NCBI RefSeq assembly: GCF_964204645.1
Contig: NC_134026.1
Location: 23,718,150-23,782,149 of the forward strand
Length of the DNA stretch: 64,000 bases
Reading direction: 5' to 3'
Source: Tubulanus polymorphus
Lineage: Eukaryota; Animalia; Nemertea
Below, in pieces: positions 53,942 to 64,000 of the stretch (positions are counted from its first letter, which is position 1; each line of letters opens with the position of its first letter). The notes beneath the pieces were generated by a model. It made no database searches, was not told where the DNA came from, and worked only from the letters and a program-made list of their open reading frames with translations. A program made the position numbers and the translations under genes.

Positions 53942-55489
53942 ATGGCCAAACTAGCTCAGGAAATCACGGACGAATTTCTAACGTGTAAAATATGTTTGGA
54001 GTCGTACAAAAATCCGAAATGTCTGAATTGCCTGCATACGTTCTGCGAGCAATGTATCGAGAATCACGTTATGTCAGAATCAACCTACAAAAAATACAGC
54101 GATTATAGGGAATTCACGTGTCCCCTGTGCCGGAAACGCACCCAACTACCGCTAGGGGGCGTGAAGAAATTACCCGATAATTTCTTGGTTTCGAATTTGA
54201 CGGAAACGATCGGTCGCCAACGGCCGTCGAAGTTCCCATTTTGCGAGATATGTAAGCTTACGAGCGGTAAACGACACCGAGAAGCACAGTCGAAATGCCT
54301 TGACTGTAACAAACTTCTCTGTAAGCAATGCGTAGATTTACACAAGACAACTAAAGTCACGAAAAGCCACAATGTGTTCGATGTCGAGATTGAAAAGGAC
54401 ATTGATTGTAAAGAGCATCCAGAAGAAGTTGTAAGGTTTTATTGTGAACCGTGCGAAGCTTGTATATGCGTTCTTTGTACGTTCAACGAACACAAAGAAC
54501 ATGATATCTCCAGTTTTAACGATGCTGTTCAGAAATATAAAGAAAATATCGAAAACCTACTCAGAAATTGCCAAGATAAGATCGACGATTTCGAAAAACA
54601 GCTAATCGCCCTCGGAAAATGCGAAACGACTATCAAAGAAACAGAAAGTAAAATTAAAGATATGGCTGGAGATTTCGTGATCCAAATTCGTCAACGCGAG
54701 AAGTTGCTCATTGAAGAGGTACACAACATCTACGGACCCGAACTAATGAACTTAATCGAACATCGAGAAGAAATGCAAAACAATCTCGATGGCCTCAAAA
54801 GCACATGTGCTCTAACTGAACTTATATTGAAAGGAAAAGATATCGAACTGTTATTACTAAAGAAGCAGGTACAAGACAAGCTGTCTACTCTCTCTGATCT
54901 GAAGGTAACTGCGTTACCGGTCGCTGTGGACAAGACCATCAAATTTATACCTGGTATGTTGGATTGCGGCCATGTACAAGATTTAGAAAGACCTCTTTTC
55001 ACTCGCTTATCCAGACCCCGACCGTCCATCTCAAATCCAGATGCAATGGAAGTATTTTACAGAGAACCGGCACCTACCAGTCACGCAAGCTGTCAGACGG
55101 ACCCAGTACTACCGGTGAAGCCGCCATCACGTACAGTGGGAACTGAATATGCTCAAGATATGATGACCAGCACAGCTGTTGGAACGGAACAAATTGAAAC
55201 AGAGGAGAAAGCCGTGAACACACGATCCAGAAACTCAATGGGTTCCATGAATGTATTGTCATCAGAGGATAACCCGACTCAAACGAATGACACCACATCT
55301 CCAACTCCTCGTAGACGCCGACGTAGAGAACGCCCGAAAGCAACTGAAGTTGCCCCAGTCGAAACTGAGAGTCCACCGGAACAAACAGATTCTCGCCGAC
55401 CCAGACGAAGCCGATTCTTACACAGGGACAGCACCGAAGATGGAGATACATTCTACAGTGCTGACAGTAATAACACTAGTCCACTTTAG
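53942..55489 (+). CDS. TRIM-family E3 ubiquitin ligase (RING, B-box1, B-box2, coiled coil; TRIM2/3/45/56-like N-terminus), single coding exon, 515 aa
   Basis: C3HC4 RING CKICLE..CLHTFCEQC..CPLCR; B-box1 CEIC..CLDC..LCKQC..H..H; B-box2 CKEH..FYCEPC..ICVLC..HKEH; coiled coil; disordered tail. True start is likely tcaaaATGG at 53942, after the acceptor at 53918. Confidence 0.93.
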   Translation: MAKLAQEITDEFLTCKICLESYKNPKCLNCLHTFCEQCIENHVMSESTYKKYSDYREFTCPLCRKRTQLPLGGVKKLPDNFLVSNLTETIGRQRPSKFPFCEICKLTSGKRHREAQSKCLDCNKLLCKQCVDLHKTTKVTKSHNVFDVEIEKDIDCKEHPEEVVRFYCEPCEACICVLCTFNEHKEHDISSFNDAVQKYKENIENLLRNCQDKIDDFEKQLIALGKCETTIKETESKIKDMAGDFVIQIRQREKLLIEEVHNIYGPELMNLIEHREEMQNNLDGLKSTCALTELILKGKDIELLLLKKQVQDKLSTLSDLKVTALPVAVDKTIKFIPGMLDCGHVQDLERPLFTRLSRPRPSISNPDAMEVFYREPAPTSHASCQTDPVLPVKPPSRTVGTEYAQDMMTSTAVGTEQIETEEKAVNTRSRNSMGSMNVLSSEDNPTQTNDTTSPTPRRRRRRERPKATEVAPVETESPPEQTDSRRPRRSRFLHRDSTEDGDTFYSADSNNTSPL

Positions 55490-56658
55490 TCCTGCATTTT
55501 TGAGTGGTTTTCAACCATTTAACACTGGTACTCACTTAGTTTCCTTCCTTTTTACTGCACGTCCATCTAACAACTAACTATGCCAATATGTTCTTTTTAG
55601 TTTATTTTTGGAAGCTTGTTCCATATATTAACTTTGTAAACATTCATACATTCCAATATACATATCATGCATATCAGTATTATCCATGCAGTCATCAGTA
55701 TTTTCCACGTTACCGTAGCTTGTGTTTAAATTTCCATTTCATTTGTCACAGACACACGCATGGCTGTAAATCTGCAATACTATTATTTAGTGACATGCTT
55801 GCTTTATATAACAAAAATATCAACAAATACTGAAGTTTTCATGAATGTGTTATCAGATGATCCTAACACACTTCAAATAAAAGTAATATACACACATCAT
55901 ATTACATATCAAAAACTCTTTAATGATCGAAACCACGGTTTAGCAGACGATGAATCCAATATTTCTGTGCATGCGTTCACATTTAGATATTTTTTTCTCG
56001 AAAATTCATTTTGGATGATATACCCTGCTATTCATATACCCATTTTTACAATAGTCTTCTTTTTCTAATTTCTCTTCTTTTTGAATATGTATGTATCTTT
56101 ATTCATTATTCAATCAACCTGTTGCACAGAAATATATACAACGTCACATATTTTTGGTAGTTAGATTTTCATGTGTGTGTGATAGAATCATCTTGCACCG
56201 GAATGGTGTCTCTACTGTAGCTGTTTCTCTTTATTTCCTTTCGTTCTAACACGTTTCCATTCGTAAACGTATATCCGAAACAAACGTGATTAAAGATATT
56301 GTCTAAAGTATTTATTAACTTCCGTTTTTTACTTACAAAAATTACTGAATTTTCTAACGATATCGTTTCTTTTGCTGCAGGGTGATTCCTGAAAATTCGT
56401 TCAAACGATCTGGAGACACTAGAATATTAGCGACGCAATATGTTTAAAATTAACTAGCAAAAATATGTGATAGTGATATATATAACTGGTGCAAAAAACA
56501 AACAATGATTGTGTTGTGTTTTCCGTCTGCAAAACTGTATTTCGTGTGTCAGAAGTTAAACTGCCGAGTGTGATTGCTGTGTTTTGCCGTGTGGCTCAAA
56601 ATCCAACTAAAAAAAAGAAAATTATGTGTAGGCCCATTCTGGTGACTTGTACCTTCAG

Positions 56659-57554
56659 GATACTGGTGAAAACTGGCTGAAAGAAGTTCCAAGTGCCACA
56701 CGTAGCAGTGACAGACAAAACGGTAATACTACTGTGTACGGTAGTGTGTCGAGTAGATGTGTTACCTCTCTGTGGTGTCTTCTGACTTCCCCCAACCCAC
56801 ATCTCTCTACTCTATGCCTCTTAGTGAATTTGTCTCTCGGTTATGTCCGTGTAATTCTATGTGTCGTCGCATTTTAGTGGCAACACTTTCGGACACGTCA
56901 ACATCGGACGTAGTTGAGACACCGTCGGCCGCATCGAACCCAACTGACGATGTTCCCGTGCAGGATACTACTAACAAACTGGATAATATTGACCTCGAAC
57001 CTACGTCCGAACTGGAATTTAATAACTCGACTAGCCATCAGGATGAGGTAACACCAAACGGCACGAAAGTAGAAACATGCATAGCACCAGACTTAAACGC
57101 ACGGGGGCCAGCAGGCCCGATATCACATGACCGGTCAAAATCCACGTTGTTACTTGAAATGAAAGCATGCACTAACACAACAAGCCCCAGCAACCGCCCG
57201 GCTTCAGAGCGTGTCAGATCGTCATTATACATACAGTTGAACAAAGATTCTGGAGACGAAACCTCCGTTGTTCAAGATACGACCGCCAGGAACGAGACAC
57301 GCTCCTCGAGCCAAATGGGTTCTGGGCAACATAATCTCAGCGAACCTGACATAATCAAGTGCATCTCTGTTCTTCAGGACCAACACAATCCTACAGTCTC
57401 GGAAACTACCGTCGACCATATAGTTCAAAATTTTACTGAACCAGGTGACTTAGACTGTAAATCTGCAGTACCAGAAATGGAACCAGATTGTGATTCTGAC
57501 AATGAGCCGAAATCACGTACTCGATCCTCTTGTTGTTCCTGCAAATGTTGTTAA
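56659..57554 (+). CDS. Uncharacterised acidic Ser/Thr-rich disordered protein (3' exons) with Cys-rich C-terminus
   Basis: Exon 56659-56722 (cag|GAT ACT..AAC G|gtaata) joins in phase to 56878-57554 (ttttag|TG GCA..). About 245 open codons ending RSSCCSCKCC*. No start exon identified. Confidence 0.6.
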
Positions 57555-60500
57555 CCATTTTGAAAACCATCGTTTGAAGTTGATCGCTAGTAAATTCGCT
57601 ATTTTCACTTTTCTTTACCATTTCGTAGTATAATTTATATTCGGTGCACGCACATTGGCCCATTTCACAATGGAAGAAAAATAATTTGCTGTGTCAAGGG
57701 AATGATGACGTAGTTTCGAAGGTTTTCTTCGTGCGATCAGGAATTCGGAATTTCGCTTGCGGATGATGAAAGGAACCAAGTTCCTTTTGATGGTAGACGT
57801 AGTGCAACGGTAGATCCCTTTTCGTATATAATACATGCGAACAGTATAGAAATCTGTAAAACCGACATGATGACCGTCAAAAATATTAAGGCATGTGCGT
57901 AGATAGGCGTTTTTGATGGAATTCGCGTTTGAACTGACTTCACGACGTCGATTTTTGGAGTTTTCCAAATTCCAATCATTGGATCTGAAAAATTGTTCGT
58001 TCTTTCTCGAAATGTTTACGAAGAAGACTAGATGTGTTGTTCTGTTGGGAGGAAATGTTTTTCATCAAGTCATATACTTAATATCCTTATTACTGTATTT
58101 TTCTCCAGTCTTTCAATGTATAGCATATTCTGTGAAAATTATCTGCTACAATTCTAAGCAATTATCAGTTATTATCTATTTCATTCTATTATGAATTAAT
58201 CTTATGATTCTATACACTTATAATATATTAGGTAACGTTATTACAAGTATATACGGAAACTAGGGTATTTGTTAAAGTGTCGCAAAGAAACTTTCGTGAT
58301 TTAATTTCGAAGCCGTTTTATCAAAAAACATTTTTGAATGGTCTCATATTAAGAATTATATGTTAGTTATCCTTTAGATATATCCATTTTGCTTTCAAAT
58401 CCACACGTTTAAATCGAGTTCTGATGACGAGCGAAAACTTGGGACCGGGATGAAGATTTTCTCGGTACTACTCAATGGATAAGACGTGGCATACGATAAG
58501 TTGCTATACGTACCCTGTATGATAAATGTGTAGAAAGTGTATAGAGCTTTGTAAAAATGTTCGTTAGATCGGAAATAGAATGGATAAAATTAGCGTTGAG
58601 TTAGTTCCATGCTCTTTAGGTTCGTGTTCTCCACCTTCACAGTTGTCTATTTATGGAGCAGTTTCTGCAACTCGATATCTGTATGAGCCGGCTAACCACC
58701 CAGTTCTCTCTAGATGGTTCATTTTCTGCCCATTCAAAAACCTGGGTTAATCACATATGAGTTATTAATTCAGTTTATATCGATATAAATATTTTGCGGC
58801 GTCTCAGTAACGATAATTGGTTCTGCGATCTGATAGTGGGCGCTGGTGGGTGGAGGATGGACGGAAAATTGTTATTACGTGGCAGCTACGTAAGTGTCTA
58901 GTCATAACGTAAATAAAACTAAAGAAAGGGGTCGTTTCATCGCATCCTTTTGTCCGAGAAATTTTCTTTCATTCCGTAAAATGTTCTTTTTCAAAAAGCA
59001 GCTTCCCAGTTAGGGCCAGAGTCCCGAAAAAACGGTTCATGGAACATGGGGTTTCCTTCATGCGGGGGAAATTTCCAAAACTGCAGTCTTTCTTACATTA
59101 CAAATCTAGTGTACCCGACTTGTAACTCAAATGTTACAAACATTAGAAATCCCCCACAAGAGGTTATGGGTACATCATAACCAAAGATTGCTCTTTCTTT
59201 AGAAGTTTCAAAGACCTACTACCAGCCATTCCCTTTTACAACTCTTCGTCCAAACGGCCAGGTCGAACAATCAAGATGAAGCGGCAAACCGATTTAGAAG
59301 CGGTCAATATCGTCAGTGAAAAACAACGCCCGGTGCCTCGTCGTCACTCGGTGCTGGATCCATCAATTCGGACATTCACACAGTCGATTGGGAATCATCT
59401 CAGCGACAAGTCAGCCAACCGACTCCACAGGAGTCCTAGCCAACCTCTGCACTACATAGATCAGCGCCTAACGTTTATCTCTCTCTCTCCTGTAACGTCC
59501 CATACATATCCTGCGCCACATCACAACGCAACTTAACCCTGGGCGAGGATGATTGTCATAACGTTTTAAAGGTATCTCAGGGTTTTTTGAAGGTTTTTTC
59601 ATTTTAATGACAAAGAAATGAAGAGGTTGTTTCATACAGACTTAATATAATATTCATTTTTATTATTATATTACAAACATATACATAATACATCACAAAC
59701 TCTGCAGATAAAATTAATTATACATCATACAGTCATGTAGATAGCTGTGAAATGTGTGGACTGGTCATCGAAAAAATTATACACCAAGAGTTTCACATTC
59801 TTCGAAAGCAAGCGATGCCTATGAAATAAATTAGGGGTGTAATCTAGTTATATTCTATCGAGTTAGTTTTCTAATTAGCAAGTAAGGATAAAGAAATGAT
59901 ACCTTGTTTCTCCTAATGGGCCCAGTCACTTGAAAACTGCAATAAAATTTGTAATCAGTTCATTTCTATAGCTGCCAGATCTGTTATGGCTAGCTTGATA
60001 TTAATTTAAAGCAAAGTAATATCAAGGGTAGATAGGTGGCCAGCCGGGTCAACTTTTAAGCTCAGCAGAAATGAGAAATAAGGTATCAATGTTTTTTAGC
60101 CTAAGTAATACTGCAAATGAGAATTTGAGGATATACATGTATATACCTATCTATCCATGAATAAAAAACTACATTGAATGTAGAGGAAAATGGAAATCTA
60201 TGGTTTACGTACCAAGTTAATACTAATGTATTTTTTTGTGAAATATATATTACATATTACAAAATTGGCACAATAATTACTATGACGAAATAAGATCCAC
60301 TGAATCCATTAGTAATTACAGCTTCATGCAAAATTACCTCAGCAAGAGAGTTATACTCTTCTGTCAAAATCATGTGTCAACAGTTACAAAAATCCATAAT
60401 ACGATAAAAAACTGACTTAGTGTATCGAGCGAGCATACACGCCAACTAATAATCCAATACTACCATTGATTCCCGGAACTGTTGACAGATTGTAAAATTA

Positions 60501-60785
60501 TTGCTATAAAATAAGGTCATTGGACATCTACTGGTACAATGTACATTTTACATTTCATCATGCCAAGCACACATATCATGATGGCAATATCTGGGTAAAC
60601 TGCAAAAAATACAGACAAAATCTGTACAAATAATATGTGGTATATGCTTGCGCCAAATATCCCTGTACAAATTATATATAAAATCACAGAAATTCATTCA
60701 TTCATTTAAGGAATATGCAGGCAACTTTGAGCACAGTTACGTTTTATAACATTTTTTAAGAATACCAGAACACAACAACGCCTTT

Positions 60786-60840
60786 GACATCGGGGTTATT
60801 CATATCCACCAGGACATCGGGGTTATTCATATCCAACAGG
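60786..60840. repeat. 27-bp tandem duplication
   Basis: gacatcggggttattcatatcca(c/a)cag x2. Confidence 0.9.
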
Positions 60841-62054
60841 AGAAGCTAGAACAATCAGAATGACCAATGACTTAGATGTACATTCAGTTCAGACAATGGG
60901 GTTAGAAGAAAGCTTTTATGCTCACAATGATTTAGGTTATTACGTTCATAGGAACGTCATAAATTTTTTGCTCCACTAAGCTCAAAAGAAAAACGGTCAT
61001 CAACATCGATTCAATTCAGTTCATTTTAATCACGAATGAAGCCAGTATTTTTTTATGGCTGCAGAACAGGAAACTACAACTGACATATTTCTAATGAAAA
61101 CAAGATTCACTGTGGGTGAATCTTGTTTTGCTTCGCCGCCATGTTGGCACATTCCTCTCGCCGATGCAATAAATATGATGTACAAGAAAAACACCAAAAA
61201 GAGAAATATCCCAACAATGTCCTAGTTATTACAAGATGATACATTATCACAACACCAGAAAATAAATTGTGCAGTTGAGATTTTTCTCAAATACCACACA
61301 AGTCGTCCCAAAAAAATACAGTTGTACGTATCATAATCTAAACCAGCGTACTTCTAGTTGTTGAACTACAGGTAATTTTAAAAGTCACTTTGTCTCGACT
61401 GAAATGAGACTTATAACCAACAGTCAGTTTAGAATGCATTTCAAAAATCGGTAACTACATAAGAAGGCTGCCAGTTTAAATGTTGGCAGTTTAGTCTTTG
61501 AAGGTAATCAGTACAATAATTGAAAAAATAATATTTTCAACAAAGAAATATCCAACAATAAACGACAAATCCATTTTATTATGATGCATGGCAAGTAATT
61601 TCTACTGCCTTGTATCATTGACTCACTCTTTCAATTTGTTTGTTATCTATCAATTCACAGTTTTATTTCAAATACTGGTAACCAACCAGTACTCAGTCAG
61701 CCAGCAAAAACCATATCACACAGCAGCAATATGCTCTGAAAGACTATGACTTGTTCTTTCTAAGAAGTATTACTGGATTTTACACCTGGTTTTCCCTCGG
61801 TAACTGGAATATTCATTTCGCCACCGAAACTAACAAGAATCTTTTTTTAACTACCGGTATCTACCACAATCATATGACAGCCGGAATGTTTCATAGATTT
61901 TTCTCGTTTTTACAAAATGAAAACCTCATTTGGTTCGATACGATACATTCTAATCTAATTGAATACAATCGACAAATGCAGTTGTTAGCATTACATAATT
62001 CAACAAACGAACAAGGTAACACAATGAAATGTTATTCCAGTTATCGTCTACTAT

Positions 62055-62468
62055 AGCCGCGTTCACACAAGATTCGGTGCTTACGAAGTACTGTACTTCG
62101 CTGGTGCCAAATTCACCAAAATACGGCGCTTATACAGCCATTTACGTTCACACGAGTCGCGATTCGGCACCTTAGTAAGCCCAGTATAGTAGTCACCCAG
62201 TGTGCCAATAGAGGGGAGTGTAATTAGTGTTTTATACCACGAGAATGTGAATACGCGGCCAGCTAAGCGTCCAATCTGCGTTCACACTACAGAAAATACG
62301 CGGCCAGCTCAGTGCCGTACTGAGATCGGGTTTTCGGCGCGCAAACGCATTCCGCGCTTAATAAGCCGCGTATTTCAGTACGGAACTGAATAAGCCACGA
62401 ATAGGTCTTGAATAATTTCTTAGTGTGAACGCTTAGTACCGTACTGAAATCCTAGTGTGAACGCAGCT
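62055..62468. mobile_element. MITE, Harbinger-like, third family, inserted in the CLIP1 3' region
   Basis: TIRs AGCCGCGTTCACAC / GTGTGAACGCAGCT, TSD TAT, internal GTTCACAC and AATACGCGGCCAGCT subrepeats; CpG-rich island within AT-rich sequence. Confidence 0.82.
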
Positions 62469-62575
62469 TATGTCACTACTATCACTAAACAAATGTCTAT
62501 TAAACACTTGTGATCAGCTGTTGCATCATACAGGAGTGATGAAGCCATTTTCTGTCCATGTAGCTGTGGAGGGGC

Positions 62576-63984
62576 TCAAAACGTTTGCTCGTCATCACAT
62601 TCAGCAGTCCAATGATCGAATACTGAAAATCATACAAAACAAAATTGGATAATCATGAACGATGCTAAGTAGGAAGCGCAGTTTACTGTTCTTTGAATAC
62701 TCTTTTTTTACCTTCACATATATCACAGTAAGGCCGTTCTTCATTTCGTTCTCCGTGATATTGAGAAGGCGGTGGACTATCATCCATCATCTGTTTCGGG
62801 CAGTCTTCTGTGTCATGGCGATCAAACATGTCACATATATCGCAAAACAGACGAGGTGCTTTCTGAGGTGTATGATAGAAGCTACAGTAACAGAGGCCAT
62901 ACAAAATTATTCAGTTTGTATTTAAACTATATTCTTTTTTTGCTAATAAACAGTTATTTACCTTGAATCGCGATCATTCACACCGTTTAACTGTTCTTTG
63001 CCGATTGCCATTACTTTAAGCTTCTCCGACAATTCTTCATTCTTTCTTTGCAAATCGACGATTACCGAGTTCAGAAATTCAACTTGTCCATCGGAGTTTG
63101 TGGCTGCTGAGTAGAAATGGAAACATTCTCAGTAGAATAAGAGTAAATCTCATTCAAAAATGGGTCAGTCATTCTACGTTGCTACTTACGAGCAGCATTC
63201 ATGGCAACATTGGCATTATTCTTCGATTCTTTCAACGCATTCTCCAACTGAGCTACGCGAGACTCCAAAGTACGCTTGTCAAGTTCTAAATTAGCTACAA
63301 CTGTTTTCTGTGAAGCGACAGATGAACCGTAATCACTCTTAAACGACTGAATTTGATCTCGCAGAGAATCGAGTTCAGTGTCCTTCTGTTTTAATAGTTT
63401 GGCAGTTGAATCAATGCGTTCTTGAAGATTTGTAGCCTCGGCAGCGTATTCAGAGATGGCCTCCTGCGCCCTATAAAAATGAGAATATATTTTGGATATT
63501 TGTCCACTGTACATGAAATACAACCATAACCATAACCCAAGGGAATGATCACTTACTTTTCTTTCATAGCTGACATATGACTCTTCAGCATCTCTACTTG
63601 ATCTTGAAGCTAAAATAATTATGTAAAAGGACTGAATGTCAAGAAAAGCATATCAGAAGATATCCCCCTTAAAAGTGTATCTATACCTTATTTCTCTCCT
63701 CCTCAATGTTATGTAAGCGTTTTATTTCCATCATTGTGTCTGAGTTTTCTTTCTTTGATAAATTGTACTCTTCCTCGATTTGACTCAACTGATTCCTCAA
63801 TAAATCCCTAACAAAAAAGCATTTCGAATTCAAATACGGTTACCATTAGGAACAATGTGTAGAAATTGATTTTGTTTTAGCTAACTTACGCTTGCTTCTG
63901 GTTTTCTTCAGCTAAGCCAATCTTTAGTTCTAGCTGTTCCACATTTTCCGTTTGTACAGACAAATTATGCTTCAGTGATTCATA
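62576..63984 (-). CDS. CLIP1: CAP-Gly domain-containing linker protein 1 (CLIP-170/restin), 3' exons; gene begins beyond the window
   Basis: Exons 63984-63890, 63807-63687, 63609-63557, 63470-63190, 63106-62962, 62881-62712 and 62622-62576 are in phase. Coiled coil, [16 protein letters not shown], two zinc knuckles ([20 protein letters not shown]; [17 protein letters not shown]) and terminal DDEQTF*. Confidence 0.95.
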
Positions 63985-64000
63985 CTAAAAATAGATATCA

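Larger units (their letters stand above)
59650..62575 (-). other. Probable long AU-rich 3' UTR of CLIP1
   Basis: Non-coding, U-rich on the minus strand, with AATAAA at about 59658-59663 (other candidate signals at about 61575 and 61662). The end is inferred. Confidence 0.4.

Noticed and set aside
56757-56877. ATG-initiated N-terminus of the 265-aa ORF
   Set aside because: Pyrimidine-rich and bounded by donor 56723 and acceptor 56877, so more likely intron; not fully excluded

Overview
AT-rich animal (invertebrate-like, inferred) genomic DNA with spliceosomal genes. I found no prokaryotic features, CRISPR arrays, rRNA or tRNA, and most ORFs in the supplied track are spurious. Manual exon joining gives seven coding units. 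(1) A TIA1/TIAR-like RRM gene on the minus strand that the ORF track essentially misses; it starts at 41259 and its very long intron(s) fill about 1-33.7 kb. (2) GATD3/ES1 (+), head-to-head with it and carrying a U12 AT-AC intron. (3) CABCOCO1 (-). (4) An ENPP6-like ectoenzyme (+) with two consecutive GC-AG introns. (5) A RING-Bbox-Bbox-coiled-coil TRIM (+) with a single coding exon. (6) An orphan disordered ORF ending in CCSCKCC (+). (7) The 3' end of CLIP1/CLIP-170 (-). Several Harbinger-like MITEs and a recent 331-bp tandem duplication are also present. The most interesting signal is the splicing architecture of the TIA1-like gene: candidate recursive splice sites, a cluster of micro/poison exons, and an exon-4-like segment lacking a canonical AG acceptor.
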